DNA of 64,000 bases, taken from Octopus bimaculoides. Lineage: Eukaryota. Position 1 is the first letter of the stretch. The number at the start of each line of letters is the position of its first letter. The notes under the pieces were generated by a model. It did not search any database and was not told where the DNA came from. It saw only the letters and a program-made list of their open reading frames with translations. Shown piece after piece: positions 1 through 12,200 of this stretch. The stretch spans positions 2,090,472 to 2,154,471 of the forward strand of contig NC_068999.1 in the NCBI RefSeq assembly GCF_001194135.2, given 5' to 3'. Both the position numbers and the translations under genes were made by a program.

Positions 1-38
<38 letters not shown>

Positions 39-90
39 TCTTGGAACAAGAAATTGTTGTACACCCCACCCATCTCGCAAAGGTCCTGAG

Positions 91-252
91 ATGTATTTAT
101 GCTGGTATCCAACTTACAACCAAGCTCCACTACATGTGCCTCCTGTACAGCCTCTTCCCACCCTTCCAGCCCCTGGTCCACCACCACCACCCAGTGAGAT
201 AATATTACCATTGCAGTTTGCCACTGAACAAATTTTCCCTGTCAGTAGGAAG
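91..252 (+). CDS. PTBP1: PTB candidate first coding exon (54 aa, Pro-rich, ends ...FPVSRK)
   Basis: ATG at 91 with an in-frame TAA upstream at 34-36. Donor AAG|GTGAGT is phase 0 and joining to 6421 rebuilds the conserved K-R-G-S motif. Confidence 0.72.
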
Positions 253-3200
253 GTGAGTGTTTCTACCAGATATAAATCAGCATTTTATATATATATAAAT
301 ACGTATATATATATATACACTTATATTATTGTGTGTCACCTGTTTGGTCCTGTGTATAGATTTGTCATTCGTATACTACTTCCCATAAGTAGCCTTCGAT
401 TTTTTCTATCCAAAACGGTTTTCCAACCTGATGTTTACATGCTATTTATAGTTTTAGGTGCTTCGAGATCCACCGTTTTTCAAAAAGAGACTTCTCACCA
501 CTATGTGATTTTCTGTGTGTATTATGTATATAGTCAGATGGTATATATAGCCAATGTATGTATATAGAAGTGTAAAATAATTCCCTGCCCACGAGGTTTC
601 TCAATATAAAAAATGCTTTACTGTGTTTGTTTTACAAAGTTTTTTTTTATTTCTTTAATGTGACTTGTTTTTTCTGGTGTCCCCGCTACCATCCTCACCC
701 TCGGCTACTGCCCTTTCATGACCCCCTAATTATGGGAAGGGCATAAATGGCACATAGCCACACTTGGAACTTTCTCTCTGAATATGGGTCCTCCTTGTGT
801 GTGTGTGTGTTTCTAATCTTATATATATATGCTTGCCCCCACCGACTAGAGTGTGTGTGTATAGAAACCTGTTCTGTTAATGCTTGCTCCCTACCTTCCT
901 TTTTCCCTTTCAACCAACCAACTTAGTCTCTGATCTTGCTGTTGTTCCTTTGTGGTGCCTCCCTGAACACCACACAATACAAACCCCAACACAAGCAGCA
1001 CATGCTGCTTAAAGACTTTCTCCTCTCCCTACTCTCTTCAATCTTTACTTCCCTTTGTGCTTCTTTTGTTTGGCTTTTTTTCCCTCCTTTTCCACATAAA
1101 CCACCACCACCACCACCCCTTCCCCTGCTTCTCCTTTCAGATATCTTTTTCTGCTTTAGCTGGCTCTGGGAAGCCTTTTTATTGTTCACCCATATGTGTG
1201 CGTGTGTGAGAGTCTATGTTGCTGTCTGTATGTAGCCAGTGCCCGCCAAGTGGTTTTGATTCCCTCAAATTTACTTAAAATGCCCCGGTGGGGGGGGGGT
1301 CTCTGTGTGTGCGCGCGCATGTAAATGTGTAATAGTCCTGTCACCTTATTGCAGACAACATAAACTCCTTTATGTATACACCTTGGCACAGACATGGCTA
1401 TGTGGTTAAGTTTACTCCTCAACCACGTGGTACCAGGTTCCGTTTTGCTCTGCTGCACCTTGGGCAAAATGCCTTCTATGTCATAAGACTTGGGTTGATC
1501 ACTCGTTAGGAGTGAAGTTTGGCAAAAACTGGAACGAGAGTCCGTTTGTGTATAATTAGTGGTTTAACCTTTTATTTCACAAAAAGAATAAAGGGTAGTC
1601 GATGTTTGCTCCAGATATTGATGACAAAATTGTTCAACATGGAATTTTGAGAGAAAGTTATAAATTTTGATCACCATTATAAACAGGAAGTTTATACCAT
1701 GGAACCAGGGGTGGTATCATGCTTCGTGTTGCAAACTTTTTTCGTGTGTGTGTGTGTGTGTGTGCCCAGTAACTTAACAGCTTGATTAGATATGTTGGAA
1801 TAGTGGAATGAAAACAATCTCTAGAAGTTGTGGTCCACTGGCAGAAACTTGTAAAAAGAATATTTTTTTGTTTTTAATCATGTGGCCGAGAGGGGGTACA
1901 GCCATCTTGATTGGGTTGTTTTTTTTCTGTAATGAGAAAATTTTCCATATTATGTAAAAGTTTGAAGATTTTAATTACTGCATTGACTAATTAGCTGCCA
2001 GACTGACCAACAAGTATGGGATTTTGATGATGGTGGTGGTGGTGGTGTTTACAGGTTCCTACTATGAAGACATCCGACACCCGCCTTTCTTTTTTAAGCA
2101 TCATCCCCTGGTCTATATTTCTATTGAGTCATCATAGCTGTATATATTGATGACTGGTTTAGGTCACTGCTGCTGCTGCCATTGGGCTTCCATATTATTT
2201 ATTGATCCAAGTGATCCAGGAGAGAGTCAATGGATGGATTGTTTTGATAGTTTTTAATTTATTCCACACTACACATGCGTATCTGGCCACATTATCATTA
2301 TTATTAATAATACAGCTAGCAGTTGTGTGTCAGACAAAGTGATCAATGACCTTTCTTACAACTCCTTTCAGTGTTAATACTGACCCTGGTACCAGTTGTG
2401 TACTGGGCGTCACTACCCCTTAATTTGCTGGTCTGGCACCAGAATTTGAAAACACTAATATTGGGTTTCTAATTTAAACAATGGTCCTGCAAGTTGCTCT
2501 CAGGGGAAGGAACAGATGGTACTATCAACCTCTTTACTTGATTTTCTCAACAAACCCTTGGTGAGGAAAGTCAAGGTTGTTGACCTTGGCAGAATTTGAA
2601 CTCGGTGGATAAAGGGAACCCATGGCATTTTAGTGTTTTTGGCCACCTCACTGCCATAATAATAACTGGAAGGTAATAATAAAAATGTTTTTACAGAGTA
2701 ACCCTTTTCTGAGAGCCAGCTGTAAGGGACCTGGTGGTGATATTTGAATATCTATGGTCAGCTCCCACCACTGAAAAAAAAATATGGTTTTATCTAGCAA
2801 GTTTAGCAGTCACAGAAGCAATACAGGGAGCCATATGTAGTTGCTGTTGGTTGGAACTGATAACAGCTGGATCTCGGAATCATTTATAAAAACTGGAATG
2901 TTCTTGACTGTTTTCAGTTTAGGGACTGCATTTACTGTAAGGTGTGTTTTCTGGGATCTTATAGTTTCTTGCTTTGTTCACCAAGGTGGTTCCATGTTGT
3001 ACTTTAATTGAAATATTGTCTTAACCAGTGGGACTGGGGAGGCGGTGTACTGATGTCACTGGAGTACAATGGATACAAGGGAGATAATTTAACTGCCAGT
3101 GCCCTATCCTTTCACCTGTCTGCTTCGGCAAAAGGTGAAGGTAACTACTGGCTTGGTTCAATTGGGTTAGTCATGTGTGGAGTGATTCTGTCCAGCTAAC

Positions 3201-6200
3201 ATTGTTGTTGCAGGAGGCTTTGATGTCTAATGTATCCCATCCCACCACTGTCCATTATTCTATAGTTATATAAACATGTTAAATATTTTATTTACTGAAA
3301 TAATTTAAATTTTCTACACTCCCCTCCCCTCCCCCATACTGGGATTATTCATTAATCTGTCGGGGGGGGGGGGGCATGTATCATATTTTCAGAAATTGTA
3401 TTCATCCTTTGATGTTTGTTTGGAAAACCTTGTGTATGTTATTGTTGTTGGAAATGAGATGTGTTAAGTTGCAGAAACAGCTGTCACTTTGGTTTCATGT
3501 GGCCCACATTCATTAGCAACAACAGTGAGTAACAATTGTAACAGCTGATAAAGGCAAGTGAGGGAGGTGGTGGTGGTAGAATGTGTGTTTTCTGTTCAAT
3601 TGCTTGTGTTGTTGTTCTTGTATAAATTCAGTGGATGAAGTCAGGCAAGATATGATAGTATTCACACATCAATTAATAACTATTGATAGGGGGCCACCCC
3701 ACTCCCACCTCTCAGGAAGGGACTTGCTCGGCAGAGATGAACAATAGCTGGTTTCATGTGGTCTCTGGGCCTTTCTTGGGAGTGAAGAAGGGTCATGGCA
3801 GCATTCCATTCACTGATCAAGGAAGAAATTTTTCCTTCACTTTTAAATGGTTTAATGTTATCATCATTGGTTAATTTAGAATAGTTGACATCTCTTCTGC
3901 TTTGCAATGTTCTTAAAATTCGATTCGGTTTACAGCAAGGAATGGTATATTTTTGTCATTAGATTGTAGCCAAGCTGGGGCACCACTTTGAAGAATTTTA
4001 AGCCTGATATTCCATCACTTTCTTTGACTGCAAGCAGTGATGGGGAAACAAGTACAGAAAAAAGAAGACACATAAATACATGACAAGCTTCTTTTAGTTT
4101 CCACTAACAAGTCTTTGGTTAGTCTTAGGCTGTGGTAGAAGGCACTTGCCTGAGTTTCCACACAGTAGGACTGAACCTGGAACCATGCGGTTAGGAAACA
4201 AGCTTCTTACCACACAGCCACGCCTGCACCTCAATTTCTGGGCTGGGTGAATTACATGCCTCTGTGTGTGTGTGTGTAGATGGAATGGTTAGATGATAGA
4301 AATTGTGGGACTAAAGTGTTTCAGAGAATCGTCTTTTGTAGAGCTTTAAAAAACAAAAGAAACTTTCCCGGAGTTCCCTCAAGTGATGGAATGAAGATTT
4401 CATCGTAAAAAAGCCCCAGTCCCCTATTTTACCATGCTGACATGGTTTATGTTGTTAGAATTATCAGCTTTAGCAATCTGTTCCCCATGTTTTATTTATT
4501 TACAGAAAGCTTTTAAAGATTGAAGATGGGTGGTATCGGTGCTTTAGCTTTTCCGCTGCTTCTTAAATAGTTTCATTTTCCTCTCTAATATCCAAATATT
4601 TCTTTTCATATCCTGGCACTTTTAATGAAAGCCATGATTGCCAGTGCTCCGCACCCCCCTCCTCCTTTCCTCGTACTTGACTGGAATTATCAGTAAAAGG
4701 GATCTGTTTGAACCGATAGCTAGGCTGGCTGTGCTCCTCCTCCTTGCTGGCTTGTCCCCATCCATGCCTGCCTTGCCTTCTTCCTCTCTTGCTTACAACT
4801 TTCCCCTTTCATGATCTGACAGCTTGCATTGAAGCATTTTACATCAACCTCCCCCCACCCCACTCTCTCTCTATAATACACAGTCTGACTTGTTCAAATG
4901 TCAGGCCAAACTACTGGCTGTTGTTACAGCTACATTTATTCCTTGTGTATAAAAGAGGAGGGGGGAAAAAAAGTTCCCTTCTTCTTCTGACTGAGTCATT
5001 CAATATGACTCACAACGAAGTATTGGGTCCAAAGTGTTTAACAACGGAGAAGACAGAACTGCACTGTTGCCACTGATATATATATATATATATATATAAA
5101 ACATACACACACCACACGTGGTGGTGGTGGTGGTGGTAAAAGCTATATTTAGTATTACTACTACTGTTAAGCCATTAGGCATTATGGAAGTATGTAATCA
5201 GAGATATTAGGTAAGAAGTGTTTCGTTTATTGTTGTGTGTGAATTGTGGATCTTTAGTCGAATCTTCGATAATTTAAATTGTATGGTGTTTATTATGTTG
5301 TTAGTGATGACGACCTACTGAAGTTTTGGGAATGGATGTGTGTGAGAGAGAGATAAAGTTATTTTTATATATTGACATTTCAAAATAGTGGACTTCATTT
5401 TGGGTGGTTTCTATTGAATTTCTTTGTGTATATATAATGTCTATACACACAACACAGGTCTTGTTATTTGGGTGAGCCTCCTTATGTCTGTATTATGTAC
5501 TCTCGGTTTAAATGATTCACTAGTATTTTCTGTTGCTTTTTCTTTTAAACATGATGTTTGCCAGTCACTGGCTTTCCATGCACACACACACACACACACA
5601 CACACACTTCTCAGTGTTACAATTTTCTCTGCAATTTACTATTAAAAGTTACTCTCCCATCATCTGGCAATTTTCTGATTTAAAAACCATGATCTGTAAT
5701 AGTGTCATTGCTAAATTTATGGTATATTAGCAACTAGCAGTAATGTAGTAGTAGTCGCCGCCTCCACCACCACCAAAGGGTGAGAGTTATGTATGCAGCT
5801 GTATCTAATAGCTACCTTTTACTCTCTCTCTTTCTCTCCACCTCTTCAGTGCCAGTGGGTACGGGCTTGTATTGCAACCATTTAAATTGAAGATGGCGCT
5901 TAAATGGTTAACATAATTATGGCTGTTCCGTCTCCCTCCATGCACCAATGCACTATTAATAAGCCACTTGCTGTTTCTATTTTATTTAGCACAACTTAAT
6001 CAGACACTTGGCTTCATTCGTTAATTGTTAACGGGGCAAGAGTATTTGGTCTAGGCTTTGTTTTGGCTTCTTTCTTTTTTTCATCTTTTGTACTTCTCTC
6101 GGAATTCTCAGCTGGTCAGTCAGTACTTACTTATAACATTGGAATTCAGAGTGGTGTGTGCAGTTGGTGTTTGTTCTAAGAAATGCAGTCGGCTTGCGGG

Positions 6201-9200
6201 GCTGGGGGGCAGGGGTGAATGCCGACATTTATAATGAATAACCTGTCAATTGTTTAAGCAAGTCTTATCGGGCAAATCAATTGCTTTTCAATTCTGTAAG
6301 TCCTGAGTTTTCTATCAATGAATACAGAATTAACACGAAAAAAGAAAAAGAACGTTGGATAATAATAATAATAATACGGTCTTTTGTTGATTTGTGACAT
6401 TGCTGCCTATTTTATTACAGAGAGGATCGGAAGAACTTATGTCCCACAGCCCAATGGTTACGAACGGGACCGGGATGAGCCCCCACCACGTGGATAGTGC
6501 AGATATGAACAATGATGCCAAAAAGGTAAGGAGTTTTGTGAACTCTTGTATGGTCTTTTGAGTTCACTCTTTATTTATATATATATATATATATTTCCCT
6601 AGTGTGCTTGTAACTTGCAATATTGAAGTCACTCCCTGATTAGTTGCTTTTGGTGGTGGTGGTGGTGGCGGCGGTGGTGATGTTAGCTGGCAACTTGGTG
6701 CTTCTTTGTGTCTGGCCATGTGTTTCTGCTATGAATATCAAGTGAAACTAGCTATGTGCAAGTGTGGGTGCTGAAGTTGTTAGGAGAGACGAGACGGTGA
6801 TGAGAAATTGTAGCGTATAGATACAAACATTAAGATGATGCCGAGTTGTACGTAATAGTGGTGGTGGTGGTGGTGAGACTAAGTCGTGTCAGTGCTGTTG
6901 AAATGTTTACAAATTGCCCGTGTCCCAAATACACAACTTGTCTGTTTTGTTGCAAACTGAAATTATATCTTCATTATTAACGTTGGGAATTTCTCTTTTT
7001 ATATATTGGGACCTTACCGTGTGTGTGATAACTCTGGAATTGTGGTGTTTTAGTCCATCATACAAAACTTTCGTATCACTATTTAGTGATGTTCATTTAT
7101 ACACTGTTGGGATCTGTTCACTTTCTATACTCATTCCTGGGCAAATTATTTCACCACCCCCCTCTCTCTCTCTCTCTCTCTTCTCCCCTCCCTTGGCAGG
7201 GTGTTTATTTCTTGCATTCTGTTTGTGTAATTAATCACATCAGACTGTCACTCCATTTCATCATGCTGATGATAATCGTAGGTGAATAAAGAGTTCTTAA
7301 TAAGTAAAACATTTGTTTATTAATATTTTCTACAGAAATATGAAATAAAATGTTTTTATTTTTGTTTTTAAACTTGTAGGTAAAATTGGAGCAGAGCCAG
7401 GCAGCTACAGTGTCTAAAGTTGTTCATCTGCGTGGTCTACCAATAGAGGCATCTGACCAAGATGTTATTCCTCTTGGCATACCTTTTGGCCGCATAACCA
7501 ATTTTCTACTCTTGAAGCAAAAGAATCAGGTACGCAGCATTACCTTTTAATTTCTTTGAAATTCACACTTGAGTAGAGTTTTTCACTTTGCTTAGCCTTC
7601 ATCCCTTTGAATGTTCTGTGAAACACATTACTATCATCATCATTATCATCTTGGCTGCAAACTTATCTTTGTCTTTTGTTTTTGTCTGTAGGCTTTCATG
7701 GAATTCTCAGACGAGAGACAAGCAGAATCAATGGTGTTATATTACACAAACGACAAACCTAGAGTACGCAACAAAGATGTCTATGTCCAGTTTTCCAACC
7801 ACAAGGAGTTGAAAATAGACGTAGCACATCCTTATCAAGTGAGTTCACTACTGTTTGTTTCTTTCTACTACTACGACGACTGCTGCTGCAGTATGTTTTA
7901 TCTCACCTGGAAGCCTCTAAATTAAATTCAGTTCTCGACTGGGGTCCGTACAAGACAAAAAATAGCAGCAAATTGGATCCATGAAAAAATGTTGCTTTGG
8001 GTGTATTTATTGCAAGAATCGGCTACAGACTTTTGAAAGGGATATCTTTGGAGTAACATTGGTTTGAGGATCCACCAGAGTAAAAAAAAAATGGGTCAAT
8101 AGGTTTTAAAAAAAAGAAAAAGGGGGGTTGAGTATGACTGGCCTGATGTTTGGTTGTTTAAAAGTCCGTAATGTGTTATGCTTAGAAACTCTTTAGGTTG
8201 GAGGATGTTGAATGGGATGCCAGTCCATCACAAGGTTAGGTCACACAACTCCTGCTGTTGGCGCTCATTTTCAGATAAACAGGCTGAAGCCAATGTAAAG
8301 TGAAATGACTTGCCCAAGGGCATTATATATGATCCAGTCAGAGGATTGATCCAATATCCCCTTAACCTTTATCATGAATCTAAACTTCTCTGTCCTTGTT
8401 GTAACCTCCTCCTATTCCATGATGACTCATGTTTCCAGAACTAGCTTTTATGGTGAGCTGCATTCTCTCTGATACTCAACTGCCAAAATGTGTGTGTGTG
8501 TGATTCTATTGTGGTGCAGGTAAGGAAGGAGTGAATGTGTTGGGGTTCTTTGCTCAAAGATTTAATCTCTTGCCATATTTTCCTTTTTTTTTCTTTTTTT
8601 TTCGTGTATCTTGTCCTCCAATGTTCCTGTTGTTGTTTTCAGAACACAAATACTCAAGCAGCTCTGCAGGCTGCGCAGGCCATCATGGGAAGTCCAGAGG
8701 AAATGAACAAGACCATTCTGAGAGTTATTATAGATAACATGGTGTTCCAAATCAACATAGACATTCTGTATCAGGTAAAGATGATATAAGATTTATAATT
8801 ACAGCTTTGATGTAATCAAGATTCATTGAGGTCTTGGATTTAATCAATCATGTGACCACGACTTCTGGTCTGTTTTTCAGATATTTTGCAAATTTGGGAC
8901 GATTCAGAAGATTATTACATTCACAAAAAATAGTGAGTAGATTTCTTTGAAGTTTGTTTCCTAAAGAAATGGGTGGCAGGAGCACTCTTACAAGTCTTAG
9001 ATAATGTACCTTCTACAAAACCTGCTTCTGACAAGGTTAACTGGGTTTTCAACTCTTTTTCTTCATAGATACCTATCAGGCCGTCATACAGTTTAGTGAC
9101 CCAGTCAGTGCAAGAAGTGCCCGAATGGTAAGTACAGTTTTTCACATCTGTGAAGGGTTTACCCCTGTAGTTCATTGTTGGCAGGGGGTCTATGGCAGTT

Positions 9201-12200
9201 GTTTTGAATCCTTTTTAGTACTTAGGTGAGTGACTGCTTGGGAAACCCACAGGCATAGCATAAGGTGTCAGTAGGTCCCAGAAAAAATGTTAATCTTTAA
9301 TTGCTGTGAAGTTAGTGTTGATATACATTTTAGAAGAGCGTGATGAATTTAAGGCTAAAAATTCAATAATTTCCATCCACAATCTCAATGCAATCAACCC
9401 CTATTCACCAAATTCCAAGTATTCATCATCTTCATCATCCAACATCTTTTCCATGCTGGTATGGATGGGTTGGACAGTTTGAGAAGTGCTGGACAGCTAC
9501 ACCAGTCTCTGGCATGGTTTATATGGCTTGACACCCTCCCTAATGCCAACCACTTTACAAGGTGAACTGGGTGCTTTTTATGTGTCACCAGTGTATCGAT
9601 ATAATCTCTTTAACCCTTTAGCATTTAAACCAACCTGATCTGGCATCTCACACTTACACTACAATGTCGAACATTTTGTAATTTTCTTTCAGAAATTTGA
9701 ATGATGGCACTGGTGGGGTGAGTTAAGTTATCAAATGAAACCATGTAGCAGGGTGGGGGTGGGTCAGTGATAGAAGTTTACTGGCCTCCTACTCTAATGG
9801 TTTAATTTCTCTCTTGTAGACTTTGGATGGTCAGAACATTTACAACGGGTGCTGTACGATGAGGATTGACTACTCAAAAATGACGAGTCTCAATGTAAAG
9901 TACAATAACGAGAAGAGCCGAGACTACACCAATCCCAGCCTCCCTGCTGGTGATGCTTCCGTGGATCAGGCTTTGACTTTTGGTAAGTACCGTTCCATAG
10001 AATCCATCATCCTTATTCTTGTGCATGTTTATGAAAAGAGTATAAAATCGGAAATATGTAAACAGTTGAAGACTGTCGTTATTAGAAATGATTTCTACTT
10101 GACATTTTACCCTTCATTGCTTAATTACCCGAGTTTTAGACGAATTAAAACCATTGTTAAGCTCAGTATTTTGTGACTTCTGTGAAGCACTTTCTTCATA
10201 CCAATAATCAACACAAATCATACCTTTACTGAACATGCCTTTTGGTTTTGTTTTATTCCATTTCATCTCTTGTATGTGTGTACACACACACGTATATATA
10301 CATGACATTCATTCCAAACTGAGGGTTCGCTGTTATTACTCAGTAAAATTCTATCCTGTATTGAGTATTTCTTTTTGTGTTCTTCCATTTTTTATATACA
10401 TATATACGTGTGTGTGTGTGTGTGTGTGTACACGCATACATACTAAAACACACATACATACACTTTTAAAATGTACTGAAAAATGATTTTCCAATCAACT
10501 CATGAATTTCTTTTCTTTTTCTAATTCTGTTTCTGCCATGAATTAACCATTTCTTGAGACACTCTGAATGTGTTTGGTGTGAGCAAGAGAGAAATCTTCT
10601 GAACCTGAGTTTCTTCCACGGATATGATTGTCTCTTTCTTTTTTTCCCATCTCTATCTGTTGTGCTTTTTGTTCTTACCATCATCGTCATCATCTGATTT
10701 CATATTGTGCACCTTAATGTTTTTGGCATTGGACTCGCCTTCGCACTGAAAGGCAGGAAACACTCCCACCTCCTCCCGTGCTTGGTTGCTCTGCTCACCT
10801 GCTTTTATTCCTCCTCGACTACCCTACCTTCCTTCCCATCCATGTTCTTCCTCATCTGACCCTGTTGAAATCAATTTAACCAACTTTAGTGCTACACAGA
10901 CACAAATTTTTGGCCAGTCCATGTTGCATGAAATATCTTGTCTAATGATTTCCATTTTTGGGCAAAGTTGGCCAGGCTCTTAATTTAAGATTTCATTCTT
11001 TTTATCATTATTTTTATTATTAATTTTTTATATTTATTTGAGCGTATGTTCCATCTAAGCTACTAATTATGAGAGTAATCTCAAGTTTTCACAGTAAAAT
11101 ACATTATAAATTCTACATACTCTGTACAGGTGTGCGTTTAGCATATCAAATAAAACTGGTTGGTCATCAGATGTTTTTCGATAAAAAGATTTCTTGTGAA
11201 CTCACCTCTAGATGGAACGTATGCAAGAGTCCAGTTGGTGAAACTTTGTTAAAGCATTGGATTAATCGCATGCTCCTTGTTTACGAATGTGTTAAGGTTC
11301 CCCTGGTGTGTTGTCGTCGACTATTGCAGCTGTGCCTGGCCTAGGAACTGCCCCACTAACCACATTTGGTGCCGCACCCGGAACTACGCTGCTTTCTGAC
11401 CCCAGTCAGCAGTATATTGGTGCTGATATGCAGATCTGCACTTCTGGTAGTGTAGCATTTTTAATTTTGATAAGCCAGGGTGGTAGTTTTGAACATGCAT
11501 GCTTCTAATATCTCTTGTGTTTGGTCTATCACAGAACTCTGTCTCTCTCTCTGTTTTCCCCCCAGCCCTACTGCATTTCATATAATGCAACATTTTTTTT
11601 TTTTTTTTTTAAACCATTCTCTCTCTCTTTGCGTGCTGTTGCATTTAATGCCTAGCGATCCTCTTTCTCTTAGGACTTCTGGTGTGTAAAATAATCTAAA
11701 AAGCACTACTACTACTACTACTACTACTACCCTGGTTAAACTTTATATGGCATGGATTTAGCTTTGCTTGCTCATCTGACAACTGTCCTGGCTACATCTT
11801 TGCTAGTTCACTTCAACCAAGGTGATGGGAGGTAGAATTTCGCTAAATCTTTCTAAATGCCTCTATTTTCTCAACTCTTAGCCGTCTTCTCTGTGTTTGT
11901 TCTAATTTAAAAGAATTAATCACATTTTTCTCTGCTGGATCTTCAACCCCCATCAGTCCACCTGTTCTGATATCAATGGGTTTGGTAAAAAAATCTCTTC
12001 TCTTTTGCTTGGTCTTCTTCTCGTGGTTTTTCTTTCTTCTTCTCTCTTGCATGCCTTGGTCCTTGGTCTTGCAAAAATCTTGGGGTACCTTGTTATATCT
12101 TCAATTACTGACAGGTAATCTTTATCTTCTTCCCTGCCCACCCTTCTCAACTATGATATGTCTTTAATCCTCATAAAAACCGTTCCTTCTGAGGCTCTAG

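Noticed and set aside
936-1235. Hydrophobic 99-aa ORF in PTB intron 1, and a pyrimidine-rich acceptor at 1140
   Set aside because: The composition is explained by T/C-rich intron sequence, and there is no convincing paired donor or homology.
5889-5900. AAGATGGCG (YY1-like / start-codon motif)
   Set aside because: The ATG frame stops after 7 codons, and a single motif is not enough to call a promoter.
10760-10930. Long AG-free pyrimidine tract ending in acceptor-like AGs at 10889 and 10899
   Set aside because: No credible donor follows, and the frames close quickly.
11957-11984. Possible 28-nt exon (catcag|...TTTG|gtaaaa)
   Set aside because: The pyrimidine tract is weak, and it has an immediate in-frame TGA in phase 1. 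It cannot be distinguished from chance without RNA data.
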